Made by a program: the position numbers and the translations under genes. A DNA stretch of 64,000 nt from Flaccisagitta enflata (lineage: Eukaryota). Of the stretch, positions 23,541 through 38,820 are shown piece after piece. Positions within the stretch are counted from its first letter, which is position 1; each line of letters begins with the position of its first letter. The notes beneath the pieces are model-generated. The model had not been told where the DNA came from, ran no database searches, and saw only the letters and a list, made by a program, of their open reading frames with translations. Location of the stretch: positions 33,914,001 through 33,978,000 of the forward strand of contig OZ231126.1 in NCBI GenBank assembly GCA_965153355.1. The letters are read 5' to 3'.

Positions 23541-26500
23541 CTTTTGAACGCCTTATCGCATTTATCGCACTGAAACTCCGCTTTGCTTCCTTCCTTCATC
23601 TCTCCTTCTTCCTCTTCTTCTTCCTCTTCCTCTTCTTCTTCGTCATCCTCCTCCTCCTCGTCATCGACGTCATCATCGTCGTCGTCGTCGTCGTCATTGT
23701 CGTTGACCGTTGACCCGGCGTTGGCGTCGGCGTTGGCGTTGGCGTTGGCGTTGACGTTGCCGACTTCCGCTCGATCGTGAGTCAACAAATGACGATTGAG
23801 GGACCGACGATTGTCGAATAATTTGGCGCAAACGTGGCAGAAAAAAGACGCGCTTCCGCCTAAGAAAAAAACAAATGATATTTCAAATCAATATATTCAC
23901 ACCCTCGCTACAACGGATCGGAGAGCATCGGAAAGGGGCAGTGGGCAGTGGGATTGGGCTGTGGTGCGAACAAGGCCAAATACTTGGCTACCTCAGTCGC
24001 GTTCGATTGGGCACGGGCAGTGAGGCCAAAGGCCGCAAAAACCAAAAAAAGGAAAGTGTGATGGACGGACAGACCGACGGATAGACCGACGGATAGACCG
24101 AACGACGGACCGACGAAGTGGGGTGTAGAGTCGCGTAGCACGCGACTAAAAAGAACGAACAGTTTGAAAAGCAATGCGAGCGACCAAAAGACGGACCAAC
24201 AGATGGACCGACAGACCAACAGATGGACCGACAGACCAACGATAGCTCCAACACAGAATAACAAAATTTCGATAACCAGTTCATTAAGGTTATGGTGCAA
24301 GTCTGCATCATGCAAATGAGGTTCTCATCGATTATTTCTAATTGCACGCTCTTTGACTTTGCCGTTTCGGTCTAATTTCACTGCCGCTGGAAATGATTTA
24401 TGCAACATGAGCTGCAATTAGTTGCAATTAGTTGCAATCTGTCATCCTGTTTCTTTCTCCGTCATTATGTTTCTATCTCTGTCATTCTGTTTCTTTTTCT
24501 GTCATTCCGTTTCTTTTCCTGTCATTCTGTTTCTTTTTCTGTCATTTTCTTTCTATTCTGTTTCTCCTCTGTCACTGTTTTCTCTGTGTCTGTTATGTCA
24601 TTCTGTTCTCTTCTGTCTCATTCTGTTTCTTTCTTTTTCATTCTGTTTTATTCTCTATCTTTGTTTCTTTCTATGTCATTCTGTTTCTTTCTTTTTCATT
24701 CTGTTTTATTCACTATTTTTGTTTCTTTCCCTGTCATTCTGTTTCTTTCCCTGTCGTTCTCTTTCTCTCTCTTTCTTTCTCTCTCTTTCTCTACTTTTCT
24801 GCCATTGAAACTCTCAAATAAAATCAATCTATTGCAGAAAAATTGAGTGGCAAATCTCATTTCTGACAACCAAAATCATCATCTCTGTAGATGAGGCATT
24901 TTGGTTTTAATCATATAAGCATGTCAGATTTGGTGTAAGAAACAAACGGAAGTCAGATGCACAGCTACTAGTCGTGTGCCATTCGTTGACTGAACGAGTG
25001 GTTCAAAAAGATCGCATGCGCCGAAAAACTCAAAAATTCCTTCGCCTCGGTTTTCGTAACGCGCAAAAAACCTTTGGCCTGAGATGAAGAACTTCATCGT
25101 TTATATCGACGCGCTACCTGACCTCGAAGCTCTCGGCGGCTCCTCTCCTCGGTCGTGGTGTGCATATTATTCTTCGAGAATCCATCGGCAATTCAAGTGC
25201 TCCGCCGATCATCCGCCAGTCGGGCAAGATCATAAGTGTAAATTAAAATATAAATCCTCGCCCATGACAAACAGCAAGTTATGGGCAATTTATGTTGCAT
25301 GCTGAATGTGCGACCATCTGAAAAACATCAATATGTTCTTTTAAAAAATATTAAAATATATTTATAATTTTGGTGTGCATTTTAAAGTTTCAACAGATAT
25401 CAAAAGCAAACTAAATTTTCAGATGTGATGAAAAATCGAGAAGTCAGTAAAACTTTTTTGACATATTGAGAAACAAGTTCTCTCTGGCGTGTTCTGTGCG
25501 TGAAGAACAATAAGTGACCATTGTACTGTAAATAACTCTACATTTACAGCATACTATTTTTTCAAGATTTATTTATGAAAATTCAAATAAAATTACAGAA
25601 ATTACAGTACAATAATGAGAATATTTAACGAAGCATGAATATAAAAGACATGTTTATGACACAGCTGCTTTCATCTGTGAAGAGTAGCATTTTAACTCAT
25701 TATCAATCATTCTTTACGATTTCAAACCTATTATAAATGGCATACTTGTTAATAATGAAAAAAGCGACCTTCATCTGTGAGAACCTTTATGATATACAAC
25801 CATTTAATATTTAACTACTCTTTTCTCAAATAAGATAAACTTGTTTAAGTATGCAAGTCAGAGAAAGCACATGTTAAAAGCTGATTTATCTGGTTAATTA
25901 TTTGAATATTATATCATCTAACTCATTGCTTTCAGTCTATTTTCTCTGTTTCAATACCAGTAACCCACAAACAATTGTTTTGATATGATTTGGCAAATGA
26001 AATGCGACTGAGATAAAACATGATAGTACCGGTAATGCGACATTACTGGTATATCTTTTGCGGTGTAAATCTGAATAAAGGCTAAATTGGTGGTATACAC
26101 ATCACATTGAAACTCTTGTTGTCTCATGAGCGTTGATATTTTGTCTGTACCATATCATTTATAATGGAAGGCGATTAAATATTATTCGAAGTATACTTAA
26201 TTATTGATTGGGTTTGTTTCAAACGGAATTTATCGTAAATTAACGTGAACGGCGAAGATCAGTGAGTCAAAATCAGTCAGTGCAGCAGTATGATGATAAT
26301 TTTCAATGATTCTTCAGATCGCGTTCACAATACAGTCAGCAGGTGTTTAAATCGTATTTTGAAAATTAACTTGTCGCCGCTACGTGCATTAAGCCACCTC
26401 CTCCGCTCACTGCTCATAGCGAGCTATGGGCACAGCCTTCGCCGCTCGCCACAAGGTGGAGACGATATACTATTCACACTGGTACGATCAGCTGGCATGA

Positions 26501-28124
26501 TGCCAGTAAACTTACGCAATAACTATGCTGAAACATGGCTGGTATGCGGAAAACAGGTCAAAATAACCATGGGCAAAAATCGCGTGTTTATTTCTGCCGC
26601 CAACAATTGGCGAAAGTACAAAAAAATTCATGACCTCTTAAAAAAATGCTTGATTTAAATCGTTGAGCAAAATTCTAGCGAAACTCTGAAGTTATGCTGA
26701 AAAAGTATCAAAGAACGAAATCTGCCGAATATGACGTTTTACGGCAATTCATGAACTAAATGACTGTTATATTTGAACATTTTGAAACAGATTGACACTA
26801 AGCCTTGGCACCACTTTGATGATAGTGATAAGTCTCTTTTCATATTCTCATAAATTTTCTTAGTTCTTTTGTCGTATATTTCATTTTCAAGAATTAGTGA
26901 GCAGAATCCCCTTTCAGTTGACAGACTGTAATTGAAACCACTTCAAACTGTTGCCAAATCTAATTTCAGAATTATTTCTACATGTAACAAATTTTCAGCA
27001 ACTTTCGGATATCTCGGCAACCACTGTAATTTCGTGAAAGCTAAGCCGATAAAAACGCCGCATGCAATTTTGCCCATGAACCTCGATTTCGCTTTCTGCG
27101 GTAAATATCTAGTACATTTCACATAGATGTCGGCTGAAATTATGCAATGAATAACGCTCATTCGGATCTGTGAATGCGGCGCAAGCTGCCCTGCCAACGC
27201 CAGCGTGATGTTGCTGTTGACTACCTTGTTACGATGTCGCTGGGCGGTGTGTGTGGATGTGAAGTGTGATAACTGGTGAGCGTAAATGCGAGAGATAGGA
27301 AGCGACCAGACGGCGCGGCGCGAGTACAAGCGTCGGCGCCAATCACTCCGCATCTGATAGTCGATTCCGAAACGATCGATAGGATAATCGAGGGTGTACC
27401 ACATATGCTTTGCCAACCACATTTGGCAAAGATATCCGCTTGCATGTCATGTCCCAGTGTTAACTCTATTACAAAAAAATTGCTGTGCGAAACCCGATCA
27501 ACCCATATCGAGAACGAGTATGATTCGATATTTTGAAAATCGACGAAATAACTGATGTACATTCTATACCTTATTGAAAATGCTGACATGGATCTGACTC
27601 AGGCAACCATTTAAACGTGCATTGCAGCGATGTCATCGGTATCTCATTATACCATTAACGCTGTGAAAACGTGGTGCTGGCGGCCACGACGGTGTTGATG
27701 CTATGGTAAAGTCGCGTATTTGTGTGTTTGTGTGTCGGCTCTGTCTGTCCGGTGCTGCTGTCTCTCTCTGTCTCTGTCTCTGGTCTGTGCTCTCTATATA
27801 TATATCTTCATCTTCTCTGCTCTCTCTCTCTCTCTCTCTCATATGAACAACATGTGTTCCCTGTTTGTCAAATGTGTCGATCCAATCTTGGACGCTGGCT
27901 GGGAGTATGTGCCTGTCTTACATGTTGATAATGAGCAAATCGTTCGTGTTTCACAGCTCATTTGCAAGCGATCTCTCTGGGCCATGGGGTAATCTTCAGA
28001 AATGATAATTAAGAAAATGAAGTAGAAGAGGAAGATTGAATTGGTTGTCGCCGAATTAATCCACATAAAAAATAACAGCTACTACAGCAAACATTGCTTC
28101 TTTAACAACAACAACAGCAACAGC

Positions 28125-28165
<41 letters not shown>

Positions 28166-28193
28166 CGATGCCGACGCTGACTGCTTTAGCGAC

Positions 28194-28231
<38 letters not shown>

Positions 28232-28256
28232 AACAACGACAACGGCAACGGCGACA

Positions 28257-28291
<35 letters not shown>

Positions 28292-31200
28292 AACGACAAC
28301 AACGACATATAGAAACGATAATTATACATACGCAAATGTACCTTTATTTATTTCCATACAGGCGAAAGGTCTCATTTCGCCGTGTTTGATTTCCATATGT
28401 TTAACGAGTGGTTTTTCGGTGGTAAATTTGGCTTCGCACATGTTGCACCGGAATGGCCGTCGATTCTCGGGAGTTGGAAGCAGTTCCGGTTTCTCGATGT
28501 GCTCTCGTAAGTGACGAGACAACAGGTATCTGCGTGGGGAGAAATGGGAGTTTGAAGCTTAAGTTTATGTTTAGCCTCTTTGGGACAGCGAAATTCAGGA
28601 ACATGAATGACTGGTGAAACAATATCCCTCACTAGATCCACACTGAAACGAATGGAAGAGGGCCTTGTGAACCCTCACCGACTAGTCGATATGCGCACCA
28701 TAAAACAGAAATATGTGTTCACACTGTAAACGTGATTAATGGGAGTGATCGCGTGGTTGTTTTTTGGAAACACGCCCTTAGACCATCCACATGTGTTCAC
28801 GCTGTAAACGCGATATATGGGAATGATAGCGGTCGTTGTCATCACTACACACACGTCCCCTTCTCCCCCTACCTTGAGACAAAGGCTCTTGGGCATTCTC
28901 CGCATTTAAAGTCGTGACCTCTGGCGGCGCCTCTTCCTCGCCCTCTTCCTCTTCCTCTTCCTCTTCCCCGCGGCGACATCATCGAAGACGGAGAAAAAGG
29001 ATCTCCTCCTCCTCCTCCATCAGGCGTATGTTGTTGCTGTTGTTGTTGCTGTTGGTGATGATATTGTGGATTTTGTTGCATCTGTTGCTGTTGTTCATAA
29101 GAAAACCCATCCTCGCCTATGGAACTAGAGTATGAAGAGGTACTGTGATGATGTTGTTGTGATTGATGTTGCTGTTGATTATGTTGATGTTGTTGTTGAT
29201 GTTGTGGGAATCTTTGAAGATTATAGTCCTGACTGTTGTTGTCCATGGAATTGTTGTCTCCTCCTAGATGCGGTGAAGGGAACTCGCTCATGGACGTTAG
29301 GTCGTGATAGCCCCCGAAAGGGGAAGGGCCTCCGCCGCCGGGGCCCCCGCTACCACGGGCGCGATTAGATCCACGAGGGCCCCGGGACCCGCGACCGCCC
29401 CTAGTAGTACGGGGGCCGCGAGGGCCTCGGGAACCACGGGGCCCTCGAGAGCCGCGGCCGCGAAGAGGACGGGGTTGCATCGAATGTTCTTGAGGACTGA
29501 AGGGATTGTACGCGTAATTATCGTCCACGTTCATTCTGATTTGTTTGAGAATGAGTAGTGAAGAAAATTTGAGATTCATTTTCAATTGATTATCATAGTC
29601 TTTTTGGGCAGCGGCTCTTTTTTTTCTTCTTTTTCTTCTTTTTCTTCTTCTTCTTCTTCTTCTTGCCATTCCTATTCTTCTTTTCTTTTTCTTTCTTCTT
29701 CTTTTTCTTCTTATTTCTTTCCTCATATATTTATGTATTATATGTATATATCATTAACATATTATATAATATTTAATATTCTTCTTTTATTTTCAATATG
29801 TATGTAATGTGCACTAATATAATATGATATAATGTAACAGTATATATTTGATAATGTAATATATTACAATATTCATGTATATATATATTTTTCTTCAATT
29901 TCATTCTTTCTTTCTTTTGTGCACATTTTTATTTTAGTTATCTCTCATATTTCTTCTTCTTATACATATATACTGTATATATGTATGTGTAATAATTATT
30001 TCTTTCTTCTTCTTCTTTATATTTCTGCTATTCTTCTTCTTCTTCTTTTTCTCCTTCTTTTTCTTCTTCTTCTTCTTCCTCATCATCTTCTTCTTTTTCT
30101 TCTTTTATTATGCGTCATCGCAGCTCTATTATAGGGTCTGTCCGTCCGTCTGTCAGTCCTTCCGTCCGTCAATTCATATGTCCGTACGTCTATGTGTGTG
30201 TCTTCTTTTTTGTGTTTGGCCATTGCTTACCTTTCTCCCTCTGATTGATAGTGATAGTTTGATGCTGCCGGCCCAACGCCTGCCATTCCAGTTGTCGTCA
30301 TCCCATGCGCACTACTCGATGGCATGCCATGTGGCCCAGGAGGCATGCCATGTGGCCCTGGAGGCAAGCCGTGCGATCCTGGAGGCATGCCGTGCGATCC
30401 TGGAGGCACGCCATGCGATCCTGGAGGTATGCCGTGTGATCCTGGAGGCATACCAGGAGTCATATCAGGAGGCATGCCATGATGAGGTCCCATCGGCACG
30501 CCTTGATGAGATGTCGACGGGGCGTTGGAGCCTGGAGGAGTTCCATGATGCATCGTCGGCGGCGTTGGATGCTGTCCTGGATGCATCGTCCCTGATTGTT
30601 GATGATGGTGATGATGAGGAGGGGGAGGAGGGTGATGTGACTGATGTGGGTGAGGTGGTAGATGAGTTTGAGGGTAAGAGGGATGATGTTGATGAGGAGG
30701 ATGGGGGTGCATCACCAAGGGCGGCATGCCATGCGTCGGAGGCATGGGAGAAGATGAGGACGGCATCCAACCTACTCCTCCTCCTCCTCCTCCTCCTGCC
30801 GTCGGCGTGATTCCCTGAGTCGACGGCGTTGTGGAGAAGGCGGCGCCGGAGGCAGCATCGGCCTCGGCAGCGGCGGCATCGAGGCCGTGATTGGTCGTCG
30901 GATTGATAATGTGATTGAAAGAGGGCTTTGGTAGAAGATTTGGCGCCACCGGAGGCTTGACTGGGATCAAAAGCGCCAACACGTCGTCGACGCTTTGAAT
31001 CGTCTTCTGCTGAATGCTCTGTGCAACGAACAAAGTGGAGAGTAGATGACACAGGGTAGGTGATATGATTTAACATGAATCGTCTTCTGCTGAATGCTCT
31101 GAGCAACTGAGAGAGTTAAGAGTAGATGACACAAGGAACAGTAGATCTTGTCTAGACTTGAGATAACGGGGGCAAGCCTTGTAGAAAAATAAATGAAACT

Positions 31201-33037
31201 AGGGCAGTAAAATTTGAAACATAAACTTATAAGGGCATGCTTTATTGCCCATGATAGCTGGTTGCTATGGAAACATATTTCTATTTGATATCGCTAGAAT
31301 ATCAATATCTTTGGAAATTTTTTTAGGGAACTTTTCAAAAATTAAATTTACTACAACTTTCCCACAGTATGTTCTGTTAGAATGTTGCTCGTTCAGCAGT
31401 TGCTAGGGGTTGTCATACATAGATTCAATCCCAAGCAATGGCTAAACAAGAGATATTCTTACAGAACATATTGTGGGAAAGTTGTAGCAAATTCAATTTT
31501 AAGCAATTACCCTAAAAAACTTCGCAGAATATTGATATTTTAGCAAGAACGCATAGAAACATATTTCCATTTCAACCGACCATCATGGGCAATAAATCAT
31601 TTTTTTATTAGTTCATGTTCCAAATATCAGTCCTCTCGCTTCGTTTCTCTTGCCATTATCCTTACCCCCGTCATCTCAAGTCTAGACGAGATCTACTGTA
31701 GGTAATATGGCATATAACATGAGATGACGTAAGACATGATTTTATGCGTGATTTGATATGAGATAAGAGAGCCATAGCTTTTCACTAAGCTGACGGCTCT
31801 CTGAAAAAGGGAGAATGGAAATTCTAGATATATGACAGGGAAAGTTAAAATGTTGGGCAGATATGATATAGTAAAGGAAGAACGAGCATGAGATAACAAG
31901 GGTGCACAATAGGGGGAAAATAAGCAGGAACGTGATTCTATTTCAGACTTTCATCTAAAGGTTTCAACTGCTTCTACTTGTAACAATCGCGTTTTGAAAG
32001 GGCCACTCGGTCGCTCGCTACGTTCTTTCGCTTGCACCGCTCACTCCGCTCAATTGCTCTGCAGCATTCCGCTTGGTCCGCTCGCTCCGTTCACGGGCTC
32101 ACTCACTCACTTTGCTCACTCCCTCGTGGGACGGTTGAATTTCATAAATCTGTGTTCACGCTGAAATCGCGATGAACGGAAGAAACACACCCAATGATTA
32201 TACCTGAAACTGTTCCTTTGTCTTGTTATCTGCCTGAGTCTCTTCAGGATTTGATGGTTTGACATCTGGATTTTCCTTCTTTTCTTCCATTACATCTTCC
32301 TTCTTCCTTTCCTCCTCTTCCTCCTTTTCTCCTTTCACTTCTTCTTCTTTGGGCAGGCTTTGAAATTCTTTGGTTTTAATTTCCACTTGTAATCCACCAT
32401 CGACATCTGACTGATTTGTCCATGGCTGAACGGGATAGATAAATGTGTGTGTGTCATAAGGAAGGAAGCTTTTCAAAGAATTCCTATGATTCAGTTAGTC
32501 TTCGTGCGATCGTGTCATACCTTTCCTTACTTTTCATAAAAAATACTCATTTGCATATTGCCGTGATCTGATTATTATGTAAAAGACGGACTTATAATCA
32601 AACATAACCCAAACAGCGCTTTTCCGATCTCTTTAGACACACCATATTTTCATATCTAACTAAGACGGGGCCACACATATGAATAGAAAGGCGAATAAAG
32701 AACACGAGGTAACTCCATTAATTCCCATGCCGAAAAGATTAGAATTTTCCATGAATTGATCAAAAACACCAATAAATTAGTTCTTTGAACGGCGATGAAA
32801 ACAATACTGCTACATAGTTTTACAGGCGGCCGGAGAGCTGCCTTGCTAAGTCGAGCTGCCCGGCTTGGATGGCATAAGGCTGGGCGTCCTATAGTCGTGC
32901 TCAGGCCTACAGACAGACACAAACACAGGGGACAAAATGGTGGTTTTCAAATTCAATGGAAAAAGATCTTATCTGAGCATAATTGATGATGATGACGAAG
33001 ATAATCATGATGATGACGATATTGATGATGCCGATAT

Positions 33038-33072
<35 letters not shown>

Positions 33073-33371
33073 CTGATGATGATGATGATGATTATGATGT
33101 GATGATGGCGGTGGTGATGATATTGTGATGATGATGACGATGACAATGATGATGATATTGATGATGACGTGATGCGCAAAAGATAAACCAGTGCAATCGC
33201 AATTCAACCTTCGGCGTGTTTGAGCCATCTGGTTGTTTGTCGATGACACCAAAAGCTTCAATTCTGACTGTGGCCCGTGACATCATCAACACAACCCGCG
33301 TCTGAAACGTGAGTCTATGCAATGACCATCTAAAGGTAAAGTTCAGGCATCATCTTGAAGCTGCAAACAGA

Positions 33372-33452
<81 letters not shown>

Positions 33453-34945
33453 TACAGATATATAGACAGGCAGATAGATAAATAGATATATCGACAGACG
33501 GAAAGACAGGCATAGAGAGTTGCAAAGAGGAAGGGACCAGAAAGAAGAAGGTTTTTTGGAAAAAAATGAATGATTCTCTGCACGATTTTGTTTTTCTTTC
33601 CGAATCCTCCACCAGGGCGAATTAAATTCGAATAGCTTCGAATAGCTTCGGGCCGTAAGACATAAAACCTAGCCAACCCTTAGCCCTAAAGCCAACCCTG
33701 TCCCTCACCCTAACCCTAAAACTATCCCCAACCCTAACCCTAATGTCTTAAAAACAAAAGATCACAGATGATCGTACAATTGTACCGTTTTTTTAACAAT
33801 CAAAAAACAAACTCCACTGGCTTCATGGTCGATTGGCCATGGGTTGTTAGAAGTGATTTGTATTTGCGTTCACCTCCAACGATGGCACCAATAAAGTCTT
33901 TGGGTCTTCGGTTTGCATGGACCTCTCCATCAAGGCCGCTGCCTTTTCCATCGAGACCACGGACGACTGCTCCACCGAAGCCAGTGATCTCTCCGTGGAG
34001 ACAACTGATTGTTCCACCGAGGCCACCGATCTTTCCGTCAGAGCTTCTGGACTTCCACCACTCGTTGGGGCCTCTGAACAATAGACAAGTTAGGACATGC
34101 GAAAAATAATGAGATTTATGACATATACCTGGGGGCGTTTCTAGTCATAGATAACCGCGTTTTTAACGGGCCACTCGGTCGCGCGCACCGCTCATTCGCT
34201 CCCTTCGCGGGCTCGCTCACTCACTTCGCTCACGTTCTCGTGAGATGATGAAGTTCATAGTTCAGTACAGTGTTCATGCTGTCAACACGTTCAACGGGAA
34301 CAAAGGTAATTTCGGTCGTCACCAGAAACACGGCCAAAGTGGTTCAATCATGGTCTGTTCCTACTTGTAACAATCACGTTTTGAAACGGCCACTCAGTCG
34401 CTTGCTATGTTCGTTCGCTCTGCAGCGCTCTGCTACACTTTGCTCTCTTTGCTCCCTCCCTTCATTTACGGGCTCACGCACTCACACGCTCACTCCGTTG
34501 TCAGACGGTTTATATCCATGAATCTGTGTTCATACTGTAATTGCGATCAACGGAGAAAAACGCGTTTGTTCTTGTTAGTTGGAACACACCCTTAGTACAT
34601 AAGGCAGAACAGCCAATTATTTCATTCAACATCAACTTGTTTGACAAATATTTACTTCACCAGGATTTTCTAATTTGATCCAAAAAGATCCAATTACACT
34701 TATCATGTCCATTGATGCTGTTGCACTTTTTACTTGTCCCGTAAGATTTTAAAAATTAATTCTCATTAAAATTTTTGTTCCCCTGAATAAAGTCAATGCA
34801 TTTGATATACAGTAATCATTCCAGGAATCAGATGTTTCAATCGAAATGAAAAACCCTTACCCATGGGAGTGGTGGGTCTGCCCGTGGAGTCTGCCGTAAC
34901 ATCGTTGGCAGCCTCTTCGTCCATCGTCGGCTTTTTCAGCGTCAT
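23541..34945 (-). pseudogene. Mirror copy of the ZF gene; exons 3, 8, 9 and 10 scrambled by many small deletions (probably sequence error rather than true decay)
   Basis: Intact mirror exons: 34861-34945, 33874-34073, 32204-32425, 30231-31018, 28873-29535, 28342-28529, 23541-23859. Degraded mirrors at about 33210-33365, 27845-27990, 27150-27350 and 25070-25270. Confidence 0.8.
30231..31018 (-). CDS. Intact version of ZF gene exon 5 in the mirror copy
   Basis: ORF 30227..31033- is continuous; 788 nt, phase 0/2. Confidence 0.85.
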
Positions 34946-35893
34946 AACCAAATTCCGACCAATTCAGTCATTTTGGCAAATCTCGACACAAAACTGTCGT
35001 TGCTCATTGCAGTCATTAGCACGAATATGTGTCATTGACCCGTTGACACGCGAGAAAAAAAAACTGTCAGCTACGCTTTTTTTTTGTAGACTGTCGGCGA
35101 AGTTTGCTACTGTCGGCATCCAGACCACGTTTCGTCGTCATCGGCCTTTCAGACGACTAACCATGATTATCTACAGTTGCTCAGTTGATAAATGTTTATT
35201 GTCATCGTTTGAAATTCTCATCCATACCATGATCATCGTTGGAAAATATTATCATCGTTTTAGACGTACAAATATTTATCGTCATCGTTTTTTAGTTGAT
35301 GGGCGTCAATTTGTCAATGATTTGTTTCGGTGGCACATTTTGTTTGTTTGTTTGTTTGTTTGTTTGTTGACTTTGTTCCTCTCGGCTTTTTGGTTTTAAG
35401 ATCATTTTTTTTCTTTTGTATATATGCTATTTTTTGCCAATACTTTTTTTTGAAAAAGGGAAGAAATGATTCAAGGATAAGTTGAATGGCGAGTATAAAA
35501 AAGATGATCATCTTAACATCATCAATGCGTATAGGTTACAATCAACGTGTTACACAAATTTGCATAGAAACTTTATGGAAGGAGAAGCCCCTGTGGCTGT
35601 GGACAAACGAATGGACGGATGGACGGATTGGTGATTGGTGGAATAAAGAGGCAATTTATGTTAATCAAGTGGGATGCGTTTGGGTGGCACAGAAGTTAGT
35701 TAGACTTGGACATCAAAGGCTATTTGAATAAAGTGGTTTTACCAAATCGGACCGCACAGACAGTCAGATAGAAAGGCAGACGGACAGATTAAGCAATTGT
35801 TCGAATTTGGAAAGCAGAACATACTATATTAGTCCTTTACAGCAGCAATAGTCTCGCAACGGGGTACCCCGGAAACGTCTGGTGTCAGAATTG

Positions 35894-35969
<76 letters not shown>

Positions 35970-36141
35970 TAATGTTTAGAAGTACCGCTAGAGATGGGAA
36001 AGTTCAACATCTCCTTCTTTTCTGCTTAAAGAGTGGTTGTCAGATGTTGACAAAAGAACAGTTCAACCCATCTTTCTTTTTTTTGAGGTCATTTTTTTTT
36101 TTTGTGAATTTTCGTGAGTTTTCTTCTTTACTCGACTTCGA

Positions 36142-36259
<118 letters not shown>

Positions 36260-36365
36260 CTCTCTCCTAGATCCTCTAATCCTTGTACATTCCTCGCCGT
36301 TCTCAGCATCAACCCCCTTCCCAACGTCCTGCCACTGCACTCTAGAGAGGCACACACTCTTTCTC

Positions 36366-36486
<121 letters not shown>

Positions 36487-38168
36487 CCCTCTCTTTCTCT
36501 GCACCTTCTGATTTTACTAATTATGAATCTTGACTAGGGTCCGCTTCTAGACGTAGATGGGTTAACTAAGTCCTTTTATCCCAGCCCATCCCGTTAAATC
36601 CTATTACAACGTCGCTTTCTAATATTGTCAGCCCTTTTTGGCCAACGGCCATATCCCCAAAACCCGCCAATACCCAATTTGGCAATTTCCCACCGTACCA
36701 TTGATATCCCGGCCCATTCAGATAACCTACCCAGCCCAAAATTTTCCTTTACCTGAAATAGTCGCAAAAGCGTTAGATGGTCTGCGGTACCCGTGCCCTG
36801 CTTAAGTAGTGTGTGGTTAAAGTTGAGGGGGGAGCAGGGCAGCGGCCCCAAAGGGGTCGATGACCTATGCTTTCCTTGTAATATAGGGGAGTTTTGCTCC
36901 TTCTATAACTCTCATCCCACCCCTGTCCACTCCAGCCTCCAGGGCCCATATCTCGGCTTACAGGCCCGCATCCCAGCCTCATTTAAATCCCAATCTTGGG
37001 CAAAATCCTAGAAGTGGAATCTGGGCCTTGGGGTTGGGATTTGGGCCTTGAGGGTGGGATATGGGCCTCCAGGCTGAGATATAGGCAGGAGGAGGAGAGA
37101 ATGCAGAGGAAGAAAGGAGAAAAGCCTGTGTGAAGGCATAGGTCATGACCCATGAAACCACTTATAAGAGAAGGACTTCAGGCTCTACCAGAAAGCATAT
37201 CTATGGCCTTAGCGGACTGGGTATCAAAAGAAGAAGATATACAGCCAATGCAAGGGCAATATGTGGTCAGCGATACCCGTTGCCCTGCTTTGACTGTGTA
37301 TTTGAGTGGGGGAAGCAGGGCAGTGGCCTCAAAGAGGACGGAGTCCTGTAGAACACAGGATGACTTTTGTCCATCCGTCCAGTTTGAAGTCTGAGATGGC
37401 AGATTTGTCTTTTGAGACCTAAGAGCAGATTTGTGGCCTGAGGACTAAAATGATAGTGGAGAATCTAGATTCAAGGTCTGAGAGGGCAGATTTGAAGCCG
37501 GAAAGGGCTGATTTGGGACCTGACCAAAGTTTGGGCCTGAGAGGCCAGGTTTCAGGTCTGAGAGGCTTAAAAAGAAAAAGAAAATAGAGAAAGAAACATG
37601 TTTGTCCATTTCTATTCAAATTGTCAGCGAACTAAGATTAGCTGTCGGATTTGGAATTAAGTCTGAAGGCCCGTCGCAACGCATTTTGATCCCCTACATC
37701 CATGTCCCGGCCTCAAGAAATCATTCTCATCATCATGGCCAAGAATGCCAATTTATGGCTAATTAGTGCCCCTTGCTAGATAAAGAATTTGTGAATGAAC
37801 GTAATGAGTGAATGAATGAATGAATGAATGAATGAATGAATGAATGAATGAATGAATGAATGAATGAATGAATGAATGAATGAATGAATGAGTTAATAAA
37901 TGAATGAATGATTGAACAATAGAATTGGCCGTTTTGAGCATTTTAAACATTTGCGTGACCTACGAGCCAACGACCACCAACAACCAACCAGCCGACGACC
38001 AGCGGCGGACGTACCGCTTAGAATTGCCAGGGGCCTTGAAATGAGGTCGTATCGGGAAAACCTAGATTGAAATTGAAAATGGCGCCGATAGGCAGCAGGC
38101 CGCCGACCATTTAACGTTTTGCTATTTTCGTTACAAATATCGTCCTGTTAATTATACCTATCTTCCTC

Positions 38169-38226
<58 letters not shown>

Positions 38227-38725
38227 CTTCCTTTCTTCCACACAATCTTGACTCTCTCTTTCCTTCCTCTCCTCTCCTCCCATCCCTCCCCCATGCACTT
38301 ACTCCCCCCTCCAGAGATTTGCCCTACTTGTTGAGTTTTAAACTTCGAATCTGTGGCTGCCACACTTTTCAAAATCCAACAAGGTTTTGTTCGCATGCAC
38401 ACATGTCAGAGTTTGTTAATGTCAGTGCATGTGTGTTTGCATGCTCATTTGTCAGAGCGTGATAGTGACAGTGCATGTGTGTTTGCATGCATAGACATCA
38501 GAGTGTGTTAGTGGCAGTGCATGTGTGTTGGCAAGCACACATGACAAAGTGTGTTAGTGTCAGTGCATGTGCATGCATGTGCATGCATGCACATGTGCAT
38601 GCACACATATCAGAGTGTGTTGAAGTCAGTGTTTTTGAACGTGTCAATATATCAGTGTGAATGCGCTCACAAGTTTGTGTAAATGTCTTTTTGGCTTGCT
38701 AACTGTCTGTCTGTCTGCCTCTCTG

Positions 38726-38820
<95 letters not shown>

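Noticed and set aside
25084-27992. Unique ORFs in the right arm (e.g. 26290..26658, 26943..27422)
   Set aside because: Chance frames in the deletion-riddled mirror of left-arm sequence.
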